Part shown: positions 29,101-37,846 of the stretch, in pieces
How the letters are laid out: each line of letters starts with the position of its first letter
How positions within the stretch are numbered: position 1 is the stretch's first letter
IMG/VR virus record: IMGVR_UViG_3300020161_000275
Location: 1 to 42,487 of that record
Direction: 5' to 3' (one strand)
Source of the DNA: a virus
Lineage: Duplodnaviria; Caudoviricetes
Length of the DNA: 42,487 bases
Notes under the pieces: model-generated
Seen by the model: the letters and a program-made list of their open reading frames with translations, nothing else
Told to the model about the DNA's origin: nothing
Database searches by the model: none
Position numbers and translations under genes: made by a program

Positions 29101-31634
29101 AGGAAAGCTCTGTTAGACTCTAACTGTGTGCGAGCATCTCCATATCCTATTAGATATGAAGTGTTATATCCTGTTGGATTAGGTGTTACAAATGCGTCGG
29201 CTGCACCTTCGCCGTTGGCCAATATGTCTTTGATTTCATCTACATTGTTTTCAACGCTGGTTACTGCGGTTGTAGAACCTGTATTACCTTCATTTTGGCT
29301 TGTGGTATCCTGTGTTTCTGAGTTACCTGTAGTTGGAGTTACTGCTGCATTGGTAACGATATTGTCTGTGATGCTCTTTAAATGTTGTAGCACAGCTACA
29401 GATTTTGCTTTATCGTTGGCAGCAATTAGACTGCCCTCAGGACTTATTCGTGTTCCGCGAAGTTCGTCACCAACAAATGCAGTATTGGCAGGAGCTATGA
29501 TAGGTAAAACTTCGTAGAACTGACCGGTTTTGATATTTAAAGTGTATCCTGGAATATCTTCGCGTGGTAGATCGTCTAGGTCACCGGCTGTTATAGCATC
29601 TGTTACAATAGCAGCAAGTTCTTGAACTCTGTCATCTGCACCAGCTTCTGCGGTATAAGTAGCATCGATAATCTGTTTGATTCGATCCCCTACTGCGATA
29701 CCGTTCAGTGCTTGATAGTTTGCTGCAGGGGCGGTGTTGGCCAATACTGAGTTGATCAATAGGCTCGCACCGTAGTTGATGGCTGCTACTGTTTCATCTT
29801 CCTGGCCAGCGATATAAGAAGCGCCTAGAGCAGTAAAATAACTCTGAGCAACATCTATAGATTTTTCGTTACCTAAATGTGTTAGATCATAGACTATGGC
29901 ATCGATCAACAGACCCATGTCTCGCTGACACTTGGTTTTATTGTAACTGAAAGCACCCGTAAATGGGGCTGTAGATGTTGAGATTTGATAATCAACCCAT
30001 TCTACGATTTCTTTCTGTACAAATGTTCGATTTTGTTTCAATAGATATGCAGCACTACGATATTCTGTACCTTGCTCGATCTGTTCTGTGGCATACTTTA
30101 CAGAAGCCCAGGGTTGATCAATGGTTAGACCGTAGGTTGGTGCTGGCTGATCGACGCCGTGTGGTCCTACATAAAAGACCTTGGCTACTCGACCAAAATA
30201 ATTCCAAGCTGGTAATCCGTTTTCAACAGTAAGAACTTGTCCTTCGTCGCCTACTGGCAGTCTTGTAGGACCTGCTCCGCCGTAATAGACTAAATCACCT
30301 GTGGTAGTTAGAACTGATTCTTCGTTACCGCCTGCTAATAGATTCCAGTAGGTTCCAGTTCCGTCGTTGTCTGGTCGATCAACTCCATTTGATGATGTGT
30401 GAGCTAATATACAGAGATAGCTGTTTGAACCATATTTTACAGCATCGCCTAGCACATACGATCTTGCCGAGGTCCATGTGCCTTCCCAATCTATACCTTG
30501 ATTTAACAATGCCCAGTAGCTGGCATTAGGAGGTGTTTGATTGGTGCTGTTAGCCGTGGCCACATAGGTAAATCCTCGTAGTCTAACTACTTCGCCAATC
30601 TTATAGGCTGTAGCTCCTGACCAATCTCCCATCAGTCTGAAACCTGTAGTGAACAGATCCCAGTTTGTGGTATTTGTTACTGGTGGGCTACCTGCAGATG
30701 ATACGTGAGCAGTTTTAGCGATATAGCTGTTACCACCATAGCGAACTAGGTCGCCAGGTTGATAGGTATAAGAAGAACTGTTCCAGTCTCCTTCGAATTC
30801 GATACCTTCTACGAATTGATTCCAATAAGCATTATCTGTGACAAAGTTTGCCGCAGCAGTATGATTGGTAACGCAGATAAATGTTCCGCCGCCATTTTTA
30901 ACCACATCATTGACTTTGTATCTAGTTGTAGCTGTCCATGTACCTTTGTATTCTATTCCCTGATTAAAATAATCCCATTTGGCTTGATCTGCTTCAAGGC
31001 CGGACGCTGCGGTTGCAGCAGATGTATGATGCGTGTTACATACATAGGTAGTACCGCCGTATTTTACGAGATCCCCGGCTTTGTATCTTGTTGAGGTTGC
31101 CCATGCACTCTTCCAATCTAAACCTTTAGAAAATACATCCCATTTAATGCTGTCATTTTCAAGGCCTAATGCAGCTGTCGCTGCTGATGTGTGAGCTGTA
31201 TTACATAGATAAACGTATCCGCCATATTTAACTAGGTCGTTGACTTTATAAACAATAGCAGTGGTCCACGATCCCTTCCAATCAAAACTTTCAGCAAATA
31301 CGTCCCATTTAGATTGATCAAGTTCTAGAGTGGCTTGACTGGTATGTCCGTCATTACAAATATAGATATATCCGCCGTATTTGACAATGTCGTTGACCTT
31401 GTACAAGGTAGCATTGGCCCAGTTACCTTTCCAATCTTGACCGTCACTGAACTGGTTCCACCTACTAGGAACATTGTCCAGGTCAGTATAAAAATCAGCT
31501 GCGGCAGTGTGTCCTGTTACGCAGAGATATGTTTTGCCGCCGTAAGCGACGATGTCGTCTTTGTAGTATGCTGTACCTGTGGTCCAGTCATTTTTCCATA
31601 CAAATCTAATTCTACCTAGTTTAAATTCAGCCAT
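23130..31634 (-). CDS. Giant mosaic virion appendage protein (2834 aa)
   Basis: 8 N-terminal CBM5/12-like repeats, pectin-lyase-like beta-helix signature (VFYV...PWASVKYA...VGDELR), four C.RD-type helical modules, propeller repeats, C-terminal SQVRLTGHDFLDIG..YTSTDQDGNFRVG. Confidence 0.85.
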   Translation of the reverse strand: MAEFKLGRIRFVWKNDWTTGTAYYKDDIVAYGGKTYLCVTGHTAAADFYTDLDNVPSRWNQFSDGQDWKGNWANATLYKVNDIVKYGGYIYICNDGHTSQATLELDQSKWDVFAESFDWKGSWTTAIVYKVNDLVKYGGYVYLCNTAHTSAATAALGLENDSIKWDVFSKGLDWKSAWATSTRYKAGDLVKYGGTTYVCNTHHTSAATAASGLEADQAKWDYFNQGIEYKGTWTATTRYKVNDVVKNGGGTFICVTNHTAAANFVTDNAYWNQFVEGIEFEGDWNSSSYTYQPGDLVRYGGNSYIAKTAHVSSAGSPPVTNTTNWDLFTTGFRLMGDWSGATAYKIGEVVRLRGFTYVATANSTNQTPPNASYWALLNQGIDWEGTWTSARSYVLGDAVKYGSNSYLCILAHTSSNGVDRPDNDGTGTYWNLLAGGNEESVLTTTGDLVYYGGAGPTRLPVGDEGQVLTVENGLPAWNYFGRVAKVFYVGPHGVDQPAPTYGLTIDQPWASVKYATEQIEQGTEYRSAAYLLKQNRTFVQKEIVEWVDYQISTSTAPFTGAFSYNKTKCQRDMGLLIDAIVYDLTHLGNEKSIDVAQSYFTALGASYIAGQEDETVAAINYGASLLINSVLANTAPAANYQALNGIAVGDRIKQIIDATYTAEAGADDRVQELAAIVTDAITAGDLDDLPREDIPGYTLNIKTGQFYEVLPIIAPANTAFVGDELRGTRISPEGSLIAANDKAKSVAVLQHLKSITDNIVTNAAVTPTTGNSETQDTTSQNEGNTGSTTAVTSVENNVDEIKDILANGEGAADAFVTPNPTGYNTSYLIGYGDARTQLESNRAFLKAEITAFVTSTYTTTVTASDETTDEFLCTATAWMYVGQPVRFTGTVIGGVSTGTTYYVNEVVDGTHFKISTTTDGDAVELLTASGSMTVSFYYNTVTCERDVGLIIDAIKYDLTYGGNYQTRVAADAYFSYGESTLGSGETTVTLAAYVRLKTVVGQVILETAVTPSTGNAVSQNTAGTAGSAGSATFAQARVQDIIDTITNAGTLPALSAPGTGWVNATLLDARTRLNSARSEIQSHAVNYIKREYPTLVFNETTCSRDVGYIVDALGYDLMFGANFASIKAGLAYRRGTSSAQLVIANQLAATDDILDFIRAKTRKIVAAGAVVTADIIWDDIIAYVNTGTQPIITGTNSPTEDLNIINAGKILELNEDFLAAEATAYADNTFKSTVTASTGSTTDQFTCGSQTWMVAGDTVRFSGTVFGGISTNTTYYILASGLTSTTFKVSLTSGGTPVDLSTASGSMTVRWYYSSTRCQNDVRNYVRAISYDLIYTGNYKSTLAARYYRNALTGSKLENMFLVRNGCGVRNMTVTGLDGSSDGNTTGYHADGLLPANEFGTRRPRAGAYVSLDPGWGPNDTRVWVTNKSTYVQNVTTFGIGATGQKIDGSLHAGGNDSIVSNDFTQVISDGIGAWVTNLGRAELVSVFSYYAHIAYLAENGGKIRATNGNNSYGTFGSVAEGVDVTETAITGKINNQNSEADIRNVLVDGDQILALEYGNAGSAYSSATYTISGAGASAATRGDEIRDGAVFQVRLTDPGDSSGPGGTGYITAGNVAQAGNTTQITIAAADTNSSAAYVGMSIYLTAGTGAGQYGYIGTYNAGSKVATVFKESDGTAGWDHIVAGTAIEAALDVTTGYQITPRLSFSSPGFTKTRASLPASRDWSDIIYGDGYAAYTGLFATGGSGSLSTFNVTRRRGVYTVTPLAGGVSYVLGNTLTILGTAVGGTTPANDITITVTQVGNTGAIQAVTITGDAVSPKYVAIAKSTNQGAWSLDGVSWNAMTMPGSQEWTAIAYGAANNISYFVAVARNSSAAAWSRDGVNWTSTTLGEVADWCDVVYGNGTFVAVSESDSSTTFRSLSSNGGQSWTSGTIASGAKAIAYGGTRFVVVEGNFSNSVAYSTTGSSWTVATLPANDDSSESNWVDIAYGNNRFVAIADNAAMAAYSFDGITWIKSTLPAIAEWNALNYGQGVFYATAIGDIAATSYDGKNWTLRDNTYAYIDITNTAEDTNAGYVARTLPNSGYWTDVIWTGSKFVAVGHDNSSAPYGASSANGETWSAVTLPTVSGTYTYSAIAYNGTNRYVAVIQDSRNIAYSTDGVSWTSFSNAFTSPLATWTDVVYGDKWVCISGSSARVQYASDPTAAWSNATIAGGSTENSAIAYGLVGATYRYVIVTGYTSGSQIASHSTDGITWTSAASMPSSDVWSSIAYGNGKFVAVAGNTTTTTTKAAYSTNGTSWTAATMPGAAARWVKVVYGGNAFTAFAYNSTRTAYSEDGITWVEGPALTATANWNTAAYGNERLVALATGGTTTASSNNFELNSNLMTTTSGTADLNVNDIIVFDRDSTGAEIFGGVRFEDTKYYITSIKNSTQFTISTTKGGANRTLTSGSGSMLARTGKEYVASAIGNYLGDPKWIVLGKDSQGVLAVRQGCKTIARSYVSNGQIAEIWITEPGSGYTEAPTMTITDPNNTGPDATFTVRLGNGALGQPTFTNRGANYSAASAIVTGDGYADNYQVSGFVGFKELTDLPIAGSNVSIAGIDDVYYKLVNVTNIAGVAGNYTATLQLSPVINSLEAPEHESVATIRRRFSQVRLTGHDFLDIGTGDFTNTNYPGLPLTDPIPANETVQSSGGRVFYTSTDQDGNFRVGGLFNVEQSTGVATLNADAFNVAGLNELSLGSVALGGSGATISEFSTDPFFTQDSDSVIPTQRAIKAYITSQIGGGGSSLNVNTLTAGVIYIAGQSISTTTNVEININTKVNFKGGIVGDALVLNYFLLNN
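30330..31600 (-). repeat. Eight tandem ~50-aa W-x5-Y-x3-D-x-V-x-YGG-x2-Y-x-C-x3-H repeats (approximate bounds)
   Basis: Counted by eye in the translation. Confidence 0.8.
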
Positions 31635-31661
31635 TTATAGCTCCGTATCATACATCAGTTA

Positions 31662-31667
31662 TATTTA
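31662..31667 (-). promoter_or_regulatory. Late promoter core gaTAAATA
   Basis: Intergenic, upstream of the GGAG RBS and ATG 31634. Confidence 0.65.
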
Positions 31668-31685
31668 TCGAACCCGCATCTCGGG

Positions 31686-34600
31686 TTACCCTGCAGACAT
31701 AAAGAATGATTGTGTTAGCCAATCACCGTCTATGCCACCTTTAAAGTTTACTCTGTTTAAAATAATCAGTTCATCGCCTGTGGTTGTTGTTATTAGATCT
31801 GGACCAACTCTGACAACACCGGCTGTGAGCTGTCCAGTAATAGCATCAGCTCCTCCGCCAGAAACTCTAGAATTGATATAAGATCTAATTGCTTTCTGTG
31901 TAGGCAATATATTGTTAGAATCAGCAGTAAATGTGTCATCGGTTGAAAATTCACGGATGACTACACCAGTTCCACCAACAGTTACACCACCTAGTTGTAG
32001 TTCTTCTAGACCTTCAAATTGGAAGAAGTCAGCATTTAGAGTTACTGTACCAGTGCTTTGTTCAACAGCAAACAACTCGCCAACTCTAAAGTTACCGTCT
32101 TGGTCAGTACTGGTGTAGAATACACGACCTGTGTTGTTTTCTTTAATCTCATCTTCTGGTGCTGGAACAGTACCTTCTGGATTTAATGTATCTGGATAGT
32201 TGGTCTGCTCAAAATTGCCTAGTCCGATGTCCAAGAAATCATGTCCTGTTAAACGAACCTGAGAATATAGCTGTCTAATAAAAATACTAGTTCCGTGTTC
32301 AGGAGCTTCGTCTCGATCTAGTGCTTTAGCTACCTGCAATCTAGCAGAATAGTTACCTAGTGTTCCGCCTAAAATTGTTACATCTAATAATTTGTAAACG
32401 TAATCATCAATTGAGCTAAATCTCAAAGCATCACCTGGGCCAGGAATTCTAGTTAGATTCTCTACAATAACTTCATCACCTACTTGATACTGATCTTTAT
32501 ATCCGTTGCCGGTAATAATCGCTCTGGTGCTGGATGTTGCGTAGGCACTGCCTGCGTTGACTATACTTGGATTAGCTATAACACCGTTTCCAATTCTAAC
32601 CCCTAGGGTGACTTCTGCACTGGCGTTGGGGTCAGTTAGAGAAAGAACTGGTGCTGATGTGTATCCTGAACCAGGTTCCCATATTCTAATTTCGCTGACT
32701 CTACCTGCTACTACCACAGCTCTAGCCTGTGCTTGCTTGCCTGTTGCGATAAATCTCAACAGATTTGAGTTTGCAGTAAGTCCGCCAATTACTAGAAACT
32801 TCGAAGGCAATATCATGTTACCAAAAGTAATGTCACACCATGGTCCGGATGCTGCAATGTTCTGATATTCCCAAAGCACTCCGTCTTTGGATACCGCTAC
32901 AACAGCTGAACCTGTAGCCACAGCAATGAATAATCCCTGTGCATATTTGATAGCTCTCCAGTCTGCGGCCTGAATAGTTCCTTCTGTCCACGTAACACCG
33001 TCAAAGCTAACAGAAACCTCCGTAGCGCCGGCATACCCTCCAGAAAGAGCTACAAATCTGCCATTACCATAGCTCAGTGCTATGCTACCGGTAGGTATAC
33101 TGCCGGCAGTCCAAGTAGTTCCGTTATCTGAATAGGCAAAGGCAACTCCGGTTGACGAGTCGCTGGCAGCAATAGTAACAAATTTTCCTTTACCGTATTC
33201 TATGGCATTCCAATCTGCGCCTTCTGGTAATGTTGATGCGATCCATGTTATTCCATCAGTTGAATACGCTGCTTTTGTTCCACCGCCAGCAATAGCCACC
33301 CATTTATTCTCTCCATAGGTAACATCTCGCCACTCTGCAGTGCTGCTCATAGTCATCGAAGTCCAAGTAATACCGTCTGTAGATCTTGCAGCCTGTCCTC
33401 CTGAAGCAAATGCCATATAAACACTACCTACATACTTGACCTTAGTCCATAGGGCCAATGATGGTAGTGTGGTATTGCTCCATGTCGTTCCGTTAGCAGA
33501 ATAAGCTGCTATATTAGTATCTAATGCTACTGCAACGAACTTATTTGGACTAGCCGTAATGCTGGTCCACTGTCTTTCAACATTTATGGTTCCTGCACTA
33601 GACGTAAATCCTGGACTACTGAAAGTCACTCTAGCTTCTATAGTATAATTAGAAGTGCTGTCTAAGACAGTTTCGATAGGAGTACCTTCAATTAGATGTT
33701 CCCAACCTAGGCAGTGCTGTATCATTGTGCCTGTGGCATTGATCAGATTATATGCTGAGCCGCCTGCGCTGGTACTAACTGTGATCTGTGTTCCGTTGTG
33801 TATGGTTTTTACATAGTACACAGTTTCATTTTGTATATTACCAAACACAGTTCCTGTAAAAATAATAGGATCGTCAACTGCCAGCTCTTCAGTAGTTGAC
33901 AATGTGATTCGATTACCTGATGAGGTGGTAACCGATGCAGTCACTGTTGGTTTAGACTCTTTGGCTATCCATGCGGTTTTACCAGTATCATCAAACTCTG
34001 CAATATAACCGTATTGGCCTGTTCCTGTACCTTGGGTGAGAATCAATCTCATTTCTTTATATTCTTCTGGTTCAGCAGTGTCTGATCCGGCTAAAACAAC
34101 TGATATATTGTTGCCGCCTTGACTGGCGTTGGTGTTAAACAGGTATCCTAGACCACCAGCAGCAGTTGAATCGCCTGGATCCGCGATCCTTGCTTCATAG
34201 ACCGCACCGTCTCGGAATTCATCCATTTCTACAGAACCATTGATACCGGCGCCCGATATGGCAAAAGTACCACTGCTGTAGTTTACACCTGCGTTACTGT
34301 AAAAGAATTTAATTAGATTGCCGTTGTTGCACAGTATCTGTGCAACATCTGCTTCGTAGTATCTGTTATTCACTGTGGCCTGTATGGGATCTTCTGTGAT
34401 ATTAAATCCTTCTGATACTGCACCATACGTACCGTAAGAACAGTTACCGTTAGTACCTCGGATACGCCCGCCTTGTGTAGATAGATAGCCTATGTGATTA
34501 TAGTAACAGAACACAGAAACCGCTTCAGTCTTACCTGGCCCGTTGGCCCATACTCCAATTCCGTCTGATAGGATCTGAGTAAAGTCGTTACAAACTATGG

Positions 34601-37139
34601 TCTGATTGCCGCCTGCATGTAGATTTCCATCAATCTTTAGTCCCACACAGGCTGTACCAAATGTAGTTACGTTCTGTACGTATGGGGATTTGGTTCCTAC
34701 CCAAGCAGAATTATCATTTGATCCCCATCCTGGATCTAGAGATGCGTATGCTCCTGCAGTTGGTCTGCGAGATAGGTATTCGTTCAACGCTCCTAGTTGT
34801 CCTTCAAGGCCCACTAGAGTCATATTTCTTATACCGGTTCCGTCTCTGAGCAAGAACATGTTTTCTGCCTTGTTAGCAGTTTCATTGCTGCCATTGATAA
34901 AATAATTTGCAGCAGTTATCGTACTGTAATTTCCGATATATCCGATATCGTAGATTACAGCATCGAGTATTCTATCAAGATCTCGTTCGTAGCTTACTGG
35001 AACATCGGCAGGATTTAATGCAGAATCTTCAAAGTATGTTTCTAGATACAATAATGTTTCATTTTTAATAAACGCTCGATTGTTGATCATCTGAGTTCTA
35101 GCATTTAATCTTCCGGCATTTAAAGTAAATGAATTAGTACTCGAGAGCGATGCTTGATTCTGTGTGCCTAATCTGTCAATGAATTGATTTAATAGACTCT
35201 CGATAATCAATGCTTCATCGTTACCTACTGCTGTTCCAGAAAAATCCTGGGATACATCTCCCCTTAGTACAGTTCCAAATGCTGGGGATCCCTCGTCGTC
35301 TGTGCCAATTGCCTCTTCTTGTATTATAAAAGTAGAGATATCTTTGTTATATTCAGCTGCGGCTAAAATTCTAGCGACATAAGTTGTATTGAATACTAAA
35401 GGACTAGGTTTTATCACTGTGCTACGCAGTTCGTCTCCAACTAGCGAAACAAATGCAGGTACTCGCAAAGGCAGTATTTCTTCGTAGATACCGGTTCTTA
35501 CAAATATAGTTGCTACTCCGGTGACGTTTTCTAGTGCATATCTAACAGTTCTCCACGGATTCTGCGGAGATGTTCCTGAGGTAGGAATATCTTCACCAAA
35601 CTCTGCTACATAATAGACGCTGGCGTTGTCCATCATATACTGCCAGCTAGGTTCTCCGTTGTAAACTGTTAGTGCCTTGCCTTGCGTTGAAATTTCTAGT
35701 GCAGTCAGTCCTGTGGTACTACCGTCTTCTGTAGGTCCAAAAGTTTTTAAATCTCCTACTAGCTTCATTCGATTAGAAACATTACCTTCGACGATCGGTG
35801 CCCAATATCTTCCTTGTAAAGTACTGCCGTCCTCAGGATCGTCGTCGGGTCTATTGAGATTAGTAGCTACATGCTTGTCGAGGCAGCGATAAGAACTGCC
35901 GATCCATACCACAGTATCACCTACTATATAGGTAGATCCTAATTCCCAAACACCTCTCCATCGTATTCCTGGTATTATGAGCTTCCAGTATTCCTCGTTG
36001 GTAGTACTACCATCATCTAGAAAATCCGGATCTTGATTTAGGCTGTCTGTCTTGGCAATATAAAGATTACCGCCACGACGAACCACATCGCCTATGAGAT
36101 AGGAATGATATCTATCCCAATCTCCTACTATTCGAGAATTCTCAAATAACAGTGTCCATTGACTGCTAGTAGCTGGATTATTTGCAGCTTGAAAGTCGTT
36201 GCTGACATAGAGATTACCACCATATTTTACTATATCACCGGTCTGATAGACCACCGTGGTATTCCAGGTGTTGTCGTATTCCTGTCCTGGGCAATAGATG
36301 GTCCACTTTAAGGGATCAAATACGCTGGCCTGATGAAAAGTATTGCAGATATAAAGATAGGATCCGTACTTGACGACGTCGTTGGGTTTATAGATCGTAT
36401 CTAGAACGAATGCTCCAAGAAATTGCACACCGTCATTGAACACTGACCATTTGCCAAGATCTGCTGCTAGACCAGCTAATCCGCTGCCTGCAGATTCGTG
36501 ACCTACATCACATTTGTAAAGTATTCCGCCGTATTTGACGATGTCGTTGACCTTGTACTTGGTGTTTACGGTCCAGTCGCCTTTCCAGTCTTCGCTGACA
36601 CTGACTTCGGTCCACTCTGCTTGATTGGCTTCGAGTCCGTCATCGATACTGTTGGCTGATTGATGTCCTAGTATACAACGATATATCTTACCGCCATATC
36701 TGACTACATCGCCAACATTATATACTTGGCTGACTGTCCAAGTATCCTGCCATTTTATCGCGGCCAGCTGTATGGTCCAGAACGCTGTCTGGGTGATAAA
36801 TGCTGATTCAGAGGATGCTGAGGTGTGGGCATCGACGCAGATATAGATCGTACCTGACACTCGAACAGCATCACCCACTTTATAATAATAATCGGGTTCC
36901 CATGGACCTAGCCAACTGACTCCTTCGGCCATTACTTCCCATCTAGGTTCGGCCACTGGTGGAATATCTGTATTGAAAAATTCTAAATCTACATAAAAAT
37001 CTTGATTAGCAACATGTGGCTCTAAGCTGGCGTAGATTTTAGAACCAAAACTAACTACGTCGTCCCTGTTATATCTGCGGCCTGCCTGCCATTCACCTTT
37101 CCAGGTATACTTAAATCTACTGATCTTAAAATCTGCCAT
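31686..37139 (-). CDS. Giant mosaic virion appendage protein (1817 aa), paralogue of the 2834-aa protein
   Basis: Colinear architecture: MADFKISRFKYTWK vs MAEFKLGRIRFVWK, 8 repeats, VGDELR, NDFTQ, SQVRLTGHDFLDIG, VNFKGGI.GD. Confidence 0.85.
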   Translation of the reverse strand: MADFKISRFKYTWKGEWQAGRRYNRDDVVSFGSKIYASLEPHVANQDFYVDLEFFNTDIPPVAEPRWEVMAEGVSWLGPWEPDYYYKVGDAVRVSGTIYICVDAHTSASSESAFITQTAFWTIQLAAIKWQDTWTVSQVYNVGDVVRYGGKIYRCILGHQSANSIDDGLEANQAEWTEVSVSEDWKGDWTVNTKYKVNDIVKYGGILYKCDVGHESAGSGLAGLAADLGKWSVFNDGVQFLGAFVLDTIYKPNDVVKYGSYLYICNTFHQASVFDPLKWTIYCPGQEYDNTWNTTVVYQTGDIVKYGGNLYVSNDFQAANNPATSSQWTLLFENSRIVGDWDRYHSYLIGDVVRRGGNLYIAKTDSLNQDPDFLDDGSTTNEEYWKLIIPGIRWRGVWELGSTYIVGDTVVWIGSSYRCLDKHVATNLNRPDDDPEDGSTLQGRYWAPIVEGNVSNRMKLVGDLKTFGPTEDGSTTGLTALEISTQGKALTVYNGEPSWQYMMDNASVYYVAEFGEDIPTSGTSPQNPWRTVRYALENVTGVATIFVRTGIYEEILPLRVPAFVSLVGDELRSTVIKPSPLVFNTTYVARILAAAEYNKDISTFIIQEEAIGTDDEGSPAFGTVLRGDVSQDFSGTAVGNDEALIIESLLNQFIDRLGTQNQASLSSTNSFTLNAGRLNARTQMINNRAFIKNETLLYLETYFEDSALNPADVPVSYERDLDRILDAVIYDIGYIGNYSTITAANYFINGSNETANKAENMFLLRDGTGIRNMTLVGLEGQLGALNEYLSRRPTAGAYASLDPGWGSNDNSAWVGTKSPYVQNVTTFGTACVGLKIDGNLHAGGNQTIVCNDFTQILSDGIGVWANGPGKTEAVSVFCYYNHIGYLSTQGGRIRGTNGNCSYGTYGAVSEGFNITEDPIQATVNNRYYEADVAQILCNNGNLIKFFYSNAGVNYSSGTFAISGAGINGSVEMDEFRDGAVYEARIADPGDSTAAGGLGYLFNTNASQGGNNISVVLAGSDTAEPEEYKEMRLILTQGTGTGQYGYIAEFDDTGKTAWIAKESKPTVTASVTTSSGNRITLSTTEELAVDDPIIFTGTVFGNIQNETVYYVKTIHNGTQITVSTSAGGSAYNLINATGTMIQHCLGWEHLIEGTPIETVLDSTSNYTIEARVTFSSPGFTSSAGTINVERQWTSITASPNKFVAVALDTNIAAYSANGTTWSNTTLPSLALWTKVKYVGSVYMAFASGGQAARSTDGITWTSMTMSSTAEWRDVTYGENKWVAIAGGGTKAAYSTDGITWIASTLPEGADWNAIEYGKGKFVTIAASDSSTGVAFAYSDNGTTWTAGSIPTGSIALSYGNGRFVALSGGYAGATEVSVSFDGVTWTEGTIQAADWRAIKYAQGLFIAVATGSAVVAVSKDGVLWEYQNIAASGPWCDITFGNMILPSKFLVIGGLTANSNLLRFIATGKQAQARAVVVAGRVSEIRIWEPGSGYTSAPVLSLTDPNASAEVTLGVRIGNGVIANPSIVNAGSAYATSSTRAIITGNGYKDQYQVGDEVIVENLTRIPGPGDALRFSSIDDYVYKLLDVTILGGTLGNYSARLQVAKALDRDEAPEHGTSIFIRQLYSQVRLTGHDFLDIGLGNFEQTNYPDTLNPEGTVPAPEDEIKENNTGRVFYTSTDQDGNFRVGELFAVEQSTGTVTLNADFFQFEGLEELQLGGVTVGGTGVVIREFSTDDTFTADSNNILPTQKAIRSYINSRVSGGGADAITGQLTAGVVRVGPDLITTTTGDELIILNRVNFKGGIDGDWLTQSFFMSAG
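35790..37105 (-). repeat. Eight tandem CBM5/12-like repeats (approximate bounds)
   Basis: Counted by eye in the translation. Confidence 0.75.
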
Positions 37140-37144
37140 TTATA

Positions 37145-37510
37145 TCAATCCTCTGAAGCGTTAGCTGAATAGGTGTAGCTGTCGTTGATTCTAGCCACTA
37201 ATTCTCCATCGTCGTTGATGTAGTAAAATATAGATCTGTCATCCCAGCGATATTGCTGATATCTTAGATTAGCAAACACCGGATCGTGATTCACATCTAT
37301 ACCTTCAAAGAAATCTACACCAACTTCAAAATCATTGTAATTATCTTCAAACTCGCCAACTTGATTTAGCTGTACTGACTCGTTGCTTTTGATCTGATCT
37401 ACTTTGACTAGAAAAACGCTGCCTTGGCTGTTTTTTCTCAGTCCGTAGAAAAATCTAGGAGTATCTCCTATTGAATCTAAAGGATTCTGACCTAAATAAT
37501 AATTACTCAT
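37145..37510 (-). CDS. Hypothetical (probably virion) protein
   Basis: 121-aa ORF, TAATG-coupled to the upstream gene, within the structural operon. Confidence 0.7.
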   Translation of the reverse strand: MSNYYLGQNPLDSIGDTPRFFYGLRKNSQGSVFLVKVDQIKSNESVQLNQVGEFEDNYNDFEVGVDFFEGIDVNHDPVFANLRYQQYRWDDRSIFYYINDDGELVARINDSYTYSANASED

Positions 37511-37842
37511 TATGATATCTCCACATAGCTGATGATAGAATCAACGCTGCTCGGAGTGTCGCTGACTATTCTAAGAGCCGTAGTTTCGGGAAGAATCAAT
37601 TTCTCCCCGTTAGTGATAATTTTTACTGCTGAGTTAGCTGCTATGGTTAAACCTTTGATGTATGTAGCAGCCACAGAACTTTCATCTACTACATATACAT
37701 CTACTGAAACTTGATCTGCTTCTGTGGTGTTGGCTATGTTGCAGCCAATAACTGTAGCTCTAAATCCTACAGGAATCTGCAGAACATCGATAGGAGTTGT
37801 TCCTATTCCGGTGTTGACTGCATGTTTAAATGTTGTTGGCAT
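37510..37842 (-). CDS. Small beta-sandwich virion adaptor protein
   Basis: TFK...IGTTP...ATVIGCNIAN...GEKLIL...LRIVS...VDSIISYVEI. Confidence 0.72.
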   Translation of the reverse strand: MPTTFKHAVNTGIGTTPIDVLQIPVGFRATVIGCNIANTTEADQVSVDVYVVDESSVAATYIKGLTIAANSAVKIITNGEKLILPETTALRIVSDTPSSVDSIISYVEIS

Positions 37843-37846
37843 ATTA

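Noticed and set aside
31671-31687. Hairpin AACCCG-catct-CGGGTT as a terminator
   Set aside because: Short stem with no U tract on the coding strand
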